Shown here piece after piece: positions 18,871-28,829 of a stretch of 64,000 bases of DNA; positions within the stretch are counted from its first letter, which is position 1, and each line of letters begins with the position of its first letter. The DNA lies in assembly GCA_026705765.1 (NCBI GenBank), contig JAPPAB010000106.1, positions 624-64,623 of the forward strand, given 5' to 3'. The notes below the pieces were generated by a model. It ran no database searches. It was not told where the DNA came from and saw only the letters and a list, made by a program, of their open reading frames with translations. Source of the DNA: Gemmatimonadota bacterium (lineage in GTDB: Bacteria; Latescibacterota; UBA2968). Both the position numbers and the translations under genes were made by a program.

Positions 18871-19002
18871 TGAATTTTAAAAAATCTTGACAGAACAATT
18901 AGATTACCCTTTTTATTTAACCATGCCTGAAAAATGCCACCGCAGATATTTTTGTTCCCAGAAGTTACAAAATCGGACAACACTACTGGGAGGTGATTCT
19001 TT

Positions 19003-19707
19003 ATGAACAACGAAAAATTTGATGCGCGCTTTGCACCTGCTTATGGCGTCTCAGAAGCGGCTCGCTATCTAAATATTCCGCCTTCTACGCTCAGGTCCTG
19101 GATATCAGGCGTTCGGTATCACTCTGACCGACGCAACTTTGAACCCGTTATTATTGTACCTCCATCAGAAATCGTACAACTATCCTTTGTCAACTTAGTG
19201 GAGGCCCATGTCCTAGTGGCACTCCGCAGAGTCCACAAGGTGCGTTTGCAGGATATCCGGGTAGCACTGGACACGCTTGAAAATCAATTTCCAAAGCAAC
19301 CTCACCCTCTGGCTTTTGAAATTTTCGCAACGGATGGAAAAGATCTGTTCTTAAAACATATCGGGCAGCTTATCAATCTCTCCAAGCGCGGACAACTGGA
19401 AATGGAAGAGGTCATTGACATGTATCTTCATCGTATTGAGTATGATACAAGTGGACCCGTTATCTTGTATCCCTTTACACGAGGCCCATTCCAGGAAAAT
19501 GATCAACCGAAAGCCGTCTTGATGAATCCTTATATTTCTTTTGGCCGTCCTGTGCTTGCGGGAAGAGGTGTGCCGACAGAATTGGTCTTTGAGCGGTTCA
19601 ACGCAGGAGAGTTAATAGACGCACTGGCTGAAGATTATGGCCGTAAGAGATGGGAGATTGAAGAGGCTATTAGGTATGAATCGGCCAGAAGCAGAAAAGC
19701 CGCTTGA
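19003..19707 (+). CDS. DUF433-like protein (HTH N-terminus plus DUF433 C-terminus), antitoxin-like
   Basis: C-terminal GRPVLAGRGVPTELVFERFNAGELIDALAEDYG resembles the DUF433 signature. Overlaps the downstream PIN-like gene. Confidence 0.55.
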   Translation: MNNEKFDARFAPAYGVSEAARYLNIPPSTLRSWISGVRYHSDRRNFEPVIIVPPSEIVQLSFVNLVEAHVLVALRRVHKVRLQDIRVALDTLENQFPKQPHPLAFEIFATDGKDLFLKHIGQLINLSKRGQLEMEEVIDMYLHRIEYDTSGPVILYPFTRGPFQENDQPKAVLMNPYISFGRPVLAGRGVPTELVFERFNAGELIDALAEDYGRKRWEIEEAIRYESARSRKAA

Positions 19708-20125
19708 CCTTCCACCCATTTTTGTGGATCGCGCTCTTGACAGTCCTCGTTTTACTGAGCCATTGCGAACAACACAGGTCAGAATTGGACATCTCACAGG
19801 GTTCCTGGAGGTCCACGCACACAATGACCTTTTCGCCCCGGATACGCGCGATGAAACATGGATCAACCATTGTGGACAAAACGGATGGATTGTATTTACA
19901 AAGGATCGAGCAATCAGATATCGACAAATGGAGAGGCAAGCTGTTCAAACATATAACGCACGGCTTTTTAACTTAGCAACGCGCAAGAATATGACGGCTG
20001 AGGAAAATGCCCAAGCGTTTCTTAAAGCGATTCCGCGAATTGCTCAATTTGTAAGGCGACATAGGCCACCTTTTATCGCAAAAGTCTCCCGATACGGCCA
20101 AGTTGAAATGGTTCTCAATCTGTAA
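19676..20125 (+). CDS. DUF5615-like (PIN-like) protein, putative toxin partner of the DUF433 gene
   Basis: Start taken at internal in-frame ATG (MNRPEAEKPLDLPPIFVDRALD...) of the 19637 track ORF. IFVD...NGWIVFTKDRAIRYRQ resembles DUF5615/PIN-like proteins. 32-nt overlap with the upstream gene. Confidence 0.5.
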   Translation: MNRPEAEKPLDLPPIFVDRALDSPRFTEPLRTTQVRIGHLTGFLEVHAHNDLFAPDTRDETWINHCGQNGWIVFTKDRAIRYRQMERQAVQTYNARLFNLATRKNMTAEENAQAFLKAIPRIAQFVRRHRPPFIAKVSRYGQVEMVLNL

Positions 20126-20274
20126 AAGTCAAAAAGCGCAGTTCCTTTGCAAAGGAACTGCGCCTATTTTATTATATGGACCGGGTAAAGACCGCAAAAT
20201 AAGTGCGGGTCGGAGATTGCCAGCGGCCTGGTCCGTTTGGGGAAAAGCAAAGAGCGTGATCTGACCTTCCTGGA

Positions 20275-20499
20275 TCATCTAAAAGATTCCTTGATATCTG
20301 TCAGTGTATAAGTCGCTTTCTCATCTTCCATACCACGCATCGCTGATGTAAGAGATAAGTCGGTCCACATCGTATCTTCTTCACGGTCCTTCGGTATTTT
20401 GTGCCGCGATTTAAGAAATTCGACAAAATCGAGAACTTCCTGCAGTACAGGCTCTGGAAGAGTTTGCAAATGTTGAGAAATATGATCTAATGTTGTCAT
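20275..20499 (-). CDS. Orphan DUF2281-like antitoxin-family protein
   Basis: Start taken at MTTLDHISQHLQTLPEPVLQEVLDFVEFLK; the longer track ORF overlaps the LarB 3-prime end. No cognate toxin gene adjacent. Confidence 0.4.
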   Translation of the reverse strand: MTTLDHISQHLQTLPEPVLQEVLDFVEFLKSRHKIPKDREEDTMWTDLSLTSAMRGMEDEKATYTLTDIKESFR

Positions 20500-20548
20500 A
20501 ACAAAATCCTCAAAAAAATGGGCGAACACACAGACCCGCTCCCCATAA

Positions 20549-21307
20549 TCACCCTGCCCGAACGCGATTGATCTTACTCGCTGCGACCCCCGCCCCAAAT
20601 CCATTGTCGATATTGACCACGGTCACGCCCGACGCACAACTGTTCAACATACCCAGCAATGCCGCCAGCCCCTTAAAACTCGCCCCATATCCCACACTGG
20701 TCGGCACGGCAATAAGCGGCACATCGACCAAACCACCAACCACGCTGGGCAACGCCCCTTCCATCCCGGCCACCACGATAATCACACTCGCATCCAATAG
20801 ACGTTCCTTACACGCCAGCAAACGGTGAATCCCGGCAACTCCTACATCGTAAAGTGTTTCAACCTCATTGCCCATCACCCGCGCGGTTTCCACAGCTTCT
20901 TCCGCCACGGGCAAGTCAGATGTGCCCGCAGACACAACCAGAATTTTGCCGACTGTTTCCGCAGCGGGAATCTCCCCTGCGACGACCACTGTACGGGCGA
21001 GCGCGTTGATATTTGCTTCGGGATATTTTGCGACCAGAGCGTCCCGCATCTCTGCATTTGTGCGCGTCGCCAGCAGTGTCGCACCCGATGACACAATGCG
21101 GTCTGCTATAGCGGTCACTTGCTCAACCGTCTTTCCCTCGCAAAAAATGACTTCGGGAAACCCCTGCCTCAGTGTGCGATGGTGGTCAATGCGCGCAAAA
21201 CCAAGCTCTTCAAATGGCAAGTGCGCGAGGTGTGCAAACGCCTCATTCACATCTGTTTGACCCTGTGCAACAGCCTCTAACAACGCGCGTATGCGTTCTG
21301 GTGTCAC
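20549..21307 (-). CDS. larB: LarB-like (PurE-related) nickel-pincer cofactor biosynthesis carboxylase/hydrolase
   Basis: 252 aa. N-terminal extension plus PurE-like core with [13 protein letters not shown] (PurE SDxP loop). Confidence 0.7.
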   Translation of the reverse strand: MTPERIRALLEAVAQGQTDVNEAFAHLAHLPFEELGFARIDHHRTLRQGFPEVIFCEGKTVEQVTAIADRIVSSGATLLATRTNAEMRDALVAKYPEANINALARTVVVAGEIPAAETVGKILVVSAGTSDLPVAEEAVETARVMGNEVETLYDVGVAGIHRLLACKERLLDASVIIVVAGMEGALPSVVGGLVDVPLIAVPTSVGYGASFKGLAALLGMLNSCASGVTVVNIDNGFGAGVAASKINRVRAG

Positions 21308-22287
21308 GCCGCCACCCCCGCTTTGATCTGTCCCAGCAAATCCATGAGATGATTCGGATCGTCTTCTGTCATCAATGTGCGGCGATAAGGAGTAGCGCCG
21401 GGCACACCCTTGATATATGCCGCGAGATGCCGGCGCATTTCCAGGACGCCATAGCGCAAACCCTTAAATGCGATAGACGCCTTGAGATGATGAACAGCCA
21501 TTTCCAGACGGTCTCTATCCGTTGGTTCGGGCAATAATTCTCCCGTATTCAGAAAGACTTCCATGCGCTTGAAAAGCCATGGATTGCCAATAGCCCACCG
21601 CCCCACCATCACCAGATCGCAACCTGTTTTCTGCATCATCTCCTTTGCAGCCTCTGGCCCGCGCACATCGCCATTGCCGATTACGGGAATCGAAACCGCG
21701 TTTTTGACTTCCGCGATAATATCCCAATCTGCTCTACCAGCAAATTTCGCCTCGCGCGTACGGCCATGCACGGCAATTGCCGCTGCACCAGAATCTTCAG
21801 CAATCCGCGCAACTGCAACTGCCTGATTGGCTTGCGCCCATCCACTTCTAATTTTCAGCGTCACGGGAATATCCACGGCGTGCACCATTGCGGCAATGAT
21901 CTGTCCCAAAAGATCAGGCGTTTTGAGCAGCGCCGCACCTGCATTTCGCGTCACGATTTTTTTTACCGGGCATCCGCAATTGATGTCGATAATATCCGGA
22001 TTGCGCTCCGCCACAACCCGAGCCCCTTCGGCCATGACCTCGGGTTCTGATCCGAACAACTGCGCGGAAATCGGAAACTCATCGGCTTCAAAATCGAGAT
22101 ATTGATTCGACCGCTCACTGCCCTCGGCCAGCCCTTTGGCACTGACCATCTCCGTGACCGCAAAACTCGCGCCCTGCTGCCTGCACAACATGCGAAATGA
22201 CCGATCTGTAATACCAGCCAATGGCGCCAGTGCTGTCCGCCCGGGAATATTTACATTGCCGATTTTTATGCCCATATCATCATTCAT
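21304..22287 (-). CDS. tRNA-dihydrouridine synthase (Dus family)
   Basis: [14 protein letters not shown] ... TIM-barrel flavoenzyme motifs. 327 aa. 4-nt overlap with larB. Confidence 0.8.
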   Translation of the reverse strand: MNDDMGIKIGNVNIPGRTALAPLAGITDRSFRMLCRQQGASFAVTEMVSAKGLAEGSERSNQYLDFEADEFPISAQLFGSEPEVMAEGARVVAERNPDIIDINCGCPVKKIVTRNAGAALLKTPDLLGQIIAAMVHAVDIPVTLKIRSGWAQANQAVAVARIAEDSGAAAIAVHGRTREAKFAGRADWDIIAEVKNAVSIPVIGNGDVRGPEAAKEMMQKTGCDLVMVGRWAIGNPWLFKRMEVFLNTGELLPEPTDRDRLEMAVHHLKASIAFKGLRYGVLEMRRHLAAYIKGVPGATPYRRTLMTEDDPNHLMDLLGQIKAGVAA

Positions 22288-23134
22288 CCCGATAACTTTC
22301 TCGCGCTTCTAACAATACGTTTGACAATTGTTCGGCAAATTTCACCTGACTATTGTCTTCGGGTTCATAGCCAATTTTCTTTCGCGCATTGGAGATCGTC
22401 CAGAAATTGTGCGAATTGCCGCTAATACCATAAAAAATTTGAAACGGAATCCCATATTCATCTTCGATATTTTCAGCCTCAATGCTCTTCACAATCAACT
22501 GCACCTGATCCCGAATGCTCAAATACGCCCCCAAACCCCGATGCATGCTTTTCAAATTCGTGGATTTTGCGCGATCCATATCGGTCTCGCGCGGGCCACC
22601 TATCCGAATCTGCACATTCTCCAGCTTCTTCCCGCCGTTCATCAATCCCGTTGCAAAAGTAAAGCCCAACAACTCGTATTGCGCCTTTGCCCAGCCGTAA
22701 TAATTGTCGGAAAGCGGGTACATCTCTGGCGTTACAAATTCCTGCTTGCCTGCCCAGATCAGATTCTCGTAATAATCTGCCGCGTGATTTGAACTGATGA
22801 TCACAGCGCGTCGAACATTTTCCTCCACACACGTCTGATACACATTGTGCGCCATATCGATATTCGTCATCTCTGCCCAGAAGCGATCTTTCTGGTCTCT
22901 TGCCCGCACAAATCCGCAGTGGATAATCGCATCTTGCCCCCTGAAATACTCCCGATAAGTATCCCGGTCCCGATTTGTCAAATCCGCAATCACCACATCA
23001 CTTACTTCCTCGCCCTGGCGATTGGTCGTCTTCACGTCTAAGACCGTCAGATCATATCGCTCGCGCAATGCAGGCAACATCCGCCCGGCCACATAACCTG
23101 TTCCCCCCGTAATGAGTACTTTTCTCTTCGCCAT
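22280..23134 (-). CDS. NAD-dependent epimerase/dehydratase (extended SDR)
   Basis: KVLITGGTGYVAGRM Rossmann motif. 284 aa. Confidence 0.75.
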   Translation of the reverse strand: MAKRKVLITGGTGYVAGRMLPALRERYDLTVLDVKTTNRQGEEVSDVVIADLTNRDRDTYREYFRGQDAIIHCGFVRARDQKDRFWAEMTNIDMAHNVYQTCVEENVRRAVIISSNHAADYYENLIWAGKQEFVTPEMYPLSDNYYGWAKAQYELLGFTFATGLMNGGKKLENVQIRIGGPRETDMDRAKSTNLKSMHRGLGAYLSIRDQVQLIVKSIEAENIEDEYGIPFQIFYGISGNSHNFWTISNARKKIGYEPEDNSQVKFAEQLSNVLLEARESYRDE

Positions 23135-23155
23135 ATCAACTCCTCAAATCAATCA

Positions 23156-23914
23156 TCACGACAATGGAAATGGCATCCCGACCTTTGCAAAATGTCCAAA
23201 TTGGTCTTCTCCGCGTAGCACAATAGGCTCCCAGGACTGCTTGTGTGAATTGAGCGTGGTCTGTTTGACATGCGGAGGAATAAATCGCACGGTCAGTCCG
23301 CATCGCCGCCGGTTTGACTGATTGGGATTGCTCGCATGAAATAATTGCCCGTCGTGAACCGACATCTGCCCGGCCCTCAACACAATATCGACCGCCGCGC
23401 TATCATCGACATATTCATCGGGAATCTCCTGATTAATACTCAGCAAATTGCCTTCGCGCACTGACTTGCCGTGTACTGCAATCCCATTTTTGTGCGATCC
23501 CGGGATAAAGCGCATACACCCATTCTCCACATCCGCATCATCAATGGCGATCCAGGCCGTATGTGCAATAGGCGGTTTCAGACCCCAGTACGTAATATCC
23601 TGATGCCAGGCCACAAATATCTTTGCCTCTGGATCGGGATATTTGCAAAAGAAGTGGGTGGATAACAGCATCACATTATCGCCCATCACGGTCTGCATCA
23701 CGTCCAAAATCCGTTTATCTGTTGCCAGTTGCCAGATAAATGCCTCGTCAAAATGCCGTCCTTGCAAACCGATCTGACATTTTTCTTTGCCTTCTCGCGC
23801 TTCCAAATCGTCAAATAACGCGCGAAAATGCCCGATCTCGCGTTCTGAAAACACATCAACTTCTGTCAAAAATCCCTGCGTCTCATAAGTTTCGACCATA
23901 GAGTCTAAAGGCAT
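23156..23914 (-). CDS. Phytanoyl-CoA dioxygenase (PhyH)-family Fe(II)/2OG oxygenase
   Basis: Start taken at MPLDSMVETYETQGFL (AAGGAA Shine-Dalgarno upstream). WHQDITYW HxD motif. Second PhyH paralog in the window. Confidence 0.75.
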   Translation of the reverse strand: MPLDSMVETYETQGFLTEVDVFSEREIGHFRALFDDLEAREGKEKCQIGLQGRHFDEAFIWQLATDKRILDVMQTVMGDNVMLLSTHFFCKYPDPEAKIFVAWHQDITYWGLKPPIAHTAWIAIDDADVENGCMRFIPGSHKNGIAVHGKSVREGNLLSINQEIPDEYVDDSAAVDIVLRAGQMSVHDGQLFHASNPNQSNRRRCGLTVRFIPPHVKQTTLNSHKQSWEPIVLRGEDQFGHFAKVGMPFPLS

Positions 23915-24077
23915 AGTGCATTCCTTTCGTGAGCATTGGTGAACAGTATATAAACTATATCGGCTGTCTTTTTTGCGCAACTCGTTTTCCAAATTGCTTA
24001 AAAAAGAACCGGTTCAAAAGCGATACAATGCATAGTGCTCGCTATCAAACCGGCTTCTAACCGTTTATATCACCTGC

Positions 24078-24950
24078 TCAGACGCCGATCTCGCGCAAAA
24101 AAGACGGACTCAGCGTACCGCGCGCCACCTCTGCCACAGGTCCCGCCATTGTCAGATTAAACGCTTCATCCACATCGATCATCAACGTGCCTCCAGGCGC
24201 TTCTACCGTCACGGGTGATGCGACCAGTCCCAAACGCACCGCAGCACTTGCCGCAGCACATGAAGAAGATCCCGACGCCTGAGTTTCACCTGCGCCGCGT
24301 TCCCATATCAAAATGAAAATTTTCTGGTCACCCGTGGGCACGACCAACTGCACATTGGTTCGCCTCGGAAAAATCTCGTGGTTCTCCAACTCAGGTCCCA
24401 GGCGCAACAAATCATCGCGCGTCCACGCCTCGCCCCTCGGCTTAAACACCACGCAATGGGGATTGCCCACGCTCACACCCGTAAACACCATATCCTCGCC
24501 AGCAGCGGTAATCGGCTGTTCGATCAGTTCTTCCACCTCGAGCGAACAGGGCAATGCCCCTGGTTTAAACGTCGCCTCCCCCATCTCCACAGTCGCCGCA
24601 CTCGCATCGCCCCATTCGTCGATATGCAAATCAATATGAACCAGTCCCCCTGGCGTATCGACTGAAAATGAGGTTTTGTCCAACTTACCAGTAGCATGCA
24701 AATACCGCGCAAAAATCCTCAACCCATTGCCCGATTTCTCCGCCTCGCTGCCATCTGGATTCCATATCCGCAGCCCAAAATCCGCGCGGTCAGACGCTTC
24801 CAATGTCAAAATGCCATCACTCCCCACCCCCCAATTGCGATCACAGATTTTCTCAATGCGCTCTGGCGTCAATTCAAACGTCAGTTCTTCTGGATCCATC
24901 ACCAGATAATCATTGCCCAATCCATGACCCTTAAAAAATCCGTTCTCCAT
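24078..24950 (-). CDS. dapF: Diaminopimelate epimerase
   Basis: FKGHGLGNDYLVMD and SGNGLRIFA motifs, the two active-site Cys regions. 290 aa. Confidence 0.85.
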   Translation of the reverse strand: MENGFFKGHGLGNDYLVMDPEELTFELTPERIEKICDRNWGVGSDGILTLEASDRADFGLRIWNPDGSEAEKSGNGLRIFARYLHATGKLDKTSFSVDTPGGLVHIDLHIDEWGDASAATVEMGEATFKPGALPCSLEVEELIEQPITAAGEDMVFTGVSVGNPHCVVFKPRGEAWTRDDLLRLGPELENHEIFPRRTNVQLVVPTGDQKIFILIWERGAGETQASGSSSCAAASAAVRLGLVASPVTVEAPGGTLMIDVDEAFNLTMAGPVAEVARGTLSPSFLREIGV

Positions 24951-24982
24951 AATTGCTCCTGTTTTTGTAGTAGTCTGAACCC

Positions 24983-26350
24983 CTAACTAACGACCACCGC
25001 GACCCGATGCATCGAATTGTTGAGATACCCCTTCAGATTCCAGGTAATGGCGTGCGGCTGACTTATGCCTTGTGAATCGGTCGCCCTTGCCCAGATCTCG
25101 TAATATCCCGCTTTGGGAAATGCGACCTCCGCCCGCCAGTTCTGCCACGCATACGCATTCACTGGCTCGTCGAGCTTCGCATCAATCCATGTTGCGCCAA
25201 AGTCGATTGACAGACGGACAGCGTCAACCTTCCGGTCTCCTGCCCAGGCATGTCCGCGCACTTCCAGAGACCGCCCTGCCATCTTGTGACCAGTAGCTGG
25301 ATTTGTAATTAACGACTTAACCTTCATGGCGTGGATAATCTCGAAGTCCTTCTCATCTACTTTTTCCCCAGGCACTATCATCCGATTGGGGATCCGATAA
25401 TCCATTCCTGTCATTTTGGGACCATCGTGAACCTGATCTCGCAACCAGATGCGGGTCAACCATTTCTGCGAGCAAGACCCCGACCAACCGGGAATGATCA
25501 GGCGCAACGGCGCACCATTCATGGGATGGATCGGTTTGCTGTTCTGGGCAAAAGCGATGAGGTTGTGCTCATCCATCGCCTTCTCAATCGGCACCCCGCG
25601 CGAGAGGGGAAGCCGTCCTTTCTCACCAGAAACGTGGGTATCGGCGCCCACATGCGCGGTATAAACCACATTGTCTTTCACCCCGGCAGCCTTGAGAACA
25701 TCGGATAGGCGAACACCAGTCCACTCGGAACACGCCACAGCGCCATAGGTCCATTGACTACCATCCGCAGGAGGCTCAAAAAAGGCGCGTCCATTGCCCC
25801 CGCACTCCAGTGTCAGTGCTCTATTAACAACTTCAAATCGCTGTTTGAGATCGTCAATGCTGAGAGTCAGGGGATTATCCACCAGACCATCAATCGTCAG
25901 TTTCCAGCCTACTGCATCCGTATTCTCAGGCGGAATGCCATTGTTGCGAATAAAATGTCTCTCAGTCGGCGTAATAGCGTCATCGAGCAAGTGCGGAGGC
26001 GTTTCGGCATTCAATGGATGGTCATTGAGCACGGTCAAGCCATCCTTACCCTGAATCATATCCTCCGAAGCGAGCACGACAGGAATAAAATGCGCCGGAA
26101 TATTGCGATGAAAAGGAATCGCCGCCCCGACCATTGCCCCCATCACCGCCAACCCAGCCTTCTTCAAAAACCCACGCCTGTCGGGATATGTCTCGCGGCC
26201 AAACAACAAGTAATCAGCCTCATCGGGGTTGCTCTGATAGAGATCGAATAAACCTTGTTCTTCAGTGTTTTTTTGCATTGTCGCTGCCTTTTCATCTGTA
26301 CACAGAATACCCTCTAATTCTTCAAAGCCTCCACTCAGAAATTTTTCCAA
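24983..26350 (-). CDS. Sulfite-oxidase-family molybdopterin oxidoreductase (SorA-like), Tat-exported
   Basis: DRRGFLKKAGLAVMGA Tat motif. LTLECGGNGR carries the Mo-ligand Cys of the sulfite oxidase family. C-terminal dimerisation-domain length. The true start may be the internal MQKNTEEQ. Confidence 0.7.
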   Translation of the reverse strand: MEKFLSGGFEELEGILCTDEKAATMQKNTEEQGLFDLYQSNPDEADYLLFGRETYPDRRGFLKKAGLAVMGAMVGAAIPFHRNIPAHFIPVVLASEDMIQGKDGLTVLNDHPLNAETPPHLLDDAITPTERHFIRNNGIPPENTDAVGWKLTIDGLVDNPLTLSIDDLKQRFEVVNRALTLECGGNGRAFFEPPADGSQWTYGAVACSEWTGVRLSDVLKAAGVKDNVVYTAHVGADTHVSGEKGRLPLSRGVPIEKAMDEHNLIAFAQNSKPIHPMNGAPLRLIIPGWSGSCSQKWLTRIWLRDQVHDGPKMTGMDYRIPNRMIVPGEKVDEKDFEIIHAMKVKSLITNPATGHKMAGRSLEVRGHAWAGDRKVDAVRLSIDFGATWIDAKLDEPVNAYAWQNWRAEVAFPKAGYYEIWARATDSQGISQPHAITWNLKGYLNNSMHRVAVVVS

Positions 26351-26380
26351 ATAAACCTTACTGTTGCAGAGATAGGCACA

Positions 26381-27214
26381 CTAAATGGTTTGAAACCACT
26401 GCTTATTGACAGTAACTTGTTCAACCAACTCAGTATTTACACCAAGCTGTAAGTCCTTCAACATCCCAGCAAGTGCATTACCGTCAATGAGATCCAGCGG
26501 CGGCGCACCATCGCGCTGTGCTTCAGTCCAGGCGTCTCGAGTGAACCTTCCCGTAGTTATCAATAAGCCCTTGTCGGCTCGGCCAACCATAGCCCCTCTA
26601 AAATCTCTAACTGTGGATGCCGTCACCGATCCAACATAACGTTTACACTGGAATATCACATGAAATGAAAGGAGGTTACCAAGTTTGACCACACCACGTC
26701 CATCAATACCACCGTCGCCAGCTTGCCCCGTGACCTCAACCTGAATAAAACCAGACTCCCGCAAGATGCGTTGACACAATCTTTCAAAGGCATCCGGCGA
26801 AATGCTCTGAACAACCTGGATAAGCTCATCCTCCCAACTCAAACTGTCCTTATCTTCCTCTTCAAGTTTTGCTTCGTCGCGTTCCGCTCTGGCTTGCTGG
26901 AAGAGTTTCTGCACGAATTGCCTGACTACTGTAGGGTCAACTGTCTCTGTTTGGTGTCCCTGCGACGTTAGTGCCCAGACACCGCGTGCTGAGTTCTCAA
27001 GTAGGCCGTAATTTTTCAGGTAATTTCTTGCCCATCCAAGACGGTAATTAAGCGTAGTTAGGTTGCCCTTATGTATGGTGTTTATATCTTCTTCCGACAA
27101 CCTGAGAATCTGAGCGACGCGATCCGACATCTCAGAGATAGAGCAAGAACCGCCCAGTTCGCGCAGGGCCTGTAATACGGGGTTGAACATCTTCTGGAAC
27201 TGTGGTAATGCCAT
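26381..27214 (-). CDS. mrr: Mrr-like type IV restriction endonuclease (Mrr_N winged helix plus PD-(D/E)xK catalytic domain)
   Basis: Start at MALPQFQKMF (AAAGGAGAA Shine-Dalgarno). C-terminal GQAGDGGIDGRGVVK...FQCKRY is the Mrr_cat signature. 36 bp downstream of the pAgo gene on the same strand. Confidence 0.75.
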   Translation of the reverse strand: MALPQFQKMFNPVLQALRELGGSCSISEMSDRVAQILRLSEEDINTIHKGNLTTLNYRLGWARNYLKNYGLLENSARGVWALTSQGHQTETVDPTVVRQFVQKLFQQARAERDEAKLEEEDKDSLSWEDELIQVVQSISPDAFERLCQRILRESGFIQVEVTGQAGDGGIDGRGVVKLGNLLSFHVIFQCKRYVGSVTASTVRDFRGAMVGRADKGLLITTGRFTRDAWTEAQRDGAPPLDLIDGNALAGMLKDLQLGVNTELVEQVTVNKQWFQTI

Positions 27215-27312
27215 GGATTCTCCTTTAATTTCCTGATTTGCTCTTGCTCTCAGGAATGCGCTTACCAGCCATCGCATAGTTGTCGGTGTAGGTCAGATAT
27301 AACTCTATTAAT

Positions 27313-28734
27313 TTACATAAAAAAACGAAATTGGTAGGGTGTCCGCCTTAGGCTTGGCATACGCTTGACCACCCGCGCGAGTACCTTCGCATAACCCATA
27401 GTAACCGGCAACGGGTCATACAGTGAGTCATTGTTCCAATTCATCTTTGAAAGCCCCAACACGGCACGTGCCGTGTCGTCCCACAACCCATGGCCAGCAT
27501 GACGCACCAACCTCAAGGGACGAGGAGTACTCCTGGAACCTTTAAAATAAGATCCTCTCTCACTGATATTTCTCACGTCACCATGTGTCCATAGAAGAGC
27601 ATCTCGGGGCCCAAGGTCAACCAGGGTTCCACGCGAAACTGGATAGGCAGCGGGATTCCCCTTAATACCACCTGCGGGCTCATCAATGCGCACACCGCGC
27701 CACCCCACATCTTCAACTACCTGCACGAGATCAATCGCCTCGCATAGGTGAAATGCCTCCATGCAACCTTTGACTTCATCTGCCTTGAACTCAGTGGTCT
27801 TATGCACCATAATCCGTCGAGGTAATCGCCCGGCGTGGCGTCGCCGATAGAGGTCGAGAGATCGGGACATTACCCGAAACATCTCAGTCCGTGATAGAAA
27901 GGGGTTATCACGATGCACTTCGACCTCATGGGCATTGTAGGCGATAAACTCCAAACCAGAACCCTCGGCATCGAACACCTGACTGCAGCATGTAACAAAA
28001 CGTGGATTGTTAGATTCCATTGGACGAACTGCGTATGAAATGCCGATATACGCTGTTTCTGAATCGGACTCCGCCAGCTTCCAAGGGACTCCGCCAGCCT
28101 TGACATAGAGCGCTAGGCCAATACGCCACATGACACTGGCTTGGCACGAGTATGTGAGGGCGCTGTCTTCCCTCACCAGTTGAATGGGTAATCCAAGGGT
28201 TGCCGTTGTTGCCTTCAGGTGATCATGAAGGTCGAAGTCTTCATCGGATACTCCGGCATAGCCAGGATTCCATCGCTGAGGGATGTAGATGAAAAGGACA
28301 TCAAACTTGCTCCTGTACGTCTGCAAACGCTGAATAGCTCGGACTAACCGATCAGCTAATACAATGTGCGGACGCGGCGAATTATTAAATTCGGTCTCAA
28401 GTTCCTGATCAAGTTCAATGCGGCAATCACTATCTGCCGCTCCCATATGCACACCAAAGACAGTCCGAAAACCCGGCCATTCGGGGAGATAATCCTTGCG
28501 TTCTCTCGGTATGTGCGTCGACTTAAGGCGCGTCATGAAGCTATATAGGTGGTTACTTTCCCCGGCGGGTGCCAAGGTCGCCACTCGGATTGGATCAGGT
28601 AATATGCCCGCGGAGTATGGGCCAAATCGCAATAGCCCACGCAATGGATGAATCTCACGGTCTGAAGTACGATCTGGATGGAAGATCAGGCTTGGCTCCG
28701 GTAGCCAGATGTGCGGGGCGATCTCGCTGTTCAT
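27313..28734 (-). CDS. Short prokaryotic Argonaute (MID-PIWI, catalytically inactive-looking PIWI)
   Basis: 473 aa. C-terminal PLPVTMGYAKVLARVVKR matches the Ago PIWI P-x-P-V-x-x-A...R motif. YIGISYAV sits where catalytic IGIDV is expected, so Asp is missing. Size and MID-PIWI-only architecture are typical of short pAgo. Confidence 0.75.
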   Translation of the reverse strand: MNSEIAPHIWLPEPSLIFHPDRTSDREIHPLRGLLRFGPYSAGILPDPIRVATLAPAGESNHLYSFMTRLKSTHIPRERKDYLPEWPGFRTVFGVHMGAADSDCRIELDQELETEFNNSPRPHIVLADRLVRAIQRLQTYRSKFDVLFIYIPQRWNPGYAGVSDEDFDLHDHLKATTATLGLPIQLVREDSALTYSCQASVMWRIGLALYVKAGGVPWKLAESDSETAYIGISYAVRPMESNNPRFVTCCSQVFDAEGSGLEFIAYNAHEVEVHRDNPFLSRTEMFRVMSRSLDLYRRRHAGRLPRRIMVHKTTEFKADEVKGCMEAFHLCEAIDLVQVVEDVGWRGVRIDEPAGGIKGNPAAYPVSRGTLVDLGPRDALLWTHGDVRNISERGSYFKGSRSTPRPLRLVRHAGHGLWDDTARAVLGLSKMNWNNDSLYDPLPVTMGYAKVLARVVKRMPSLRRTPYQFRFFM

Positions 28735-28829
28735 GATCCTACTCTCCGTGAGAATCCTGTAATAGGAGAAAGGCGATAGACCGCGTCTATACCATCGCCG
28801 ATATCCAGTGCCCGTAGATCGTTTTGAGG

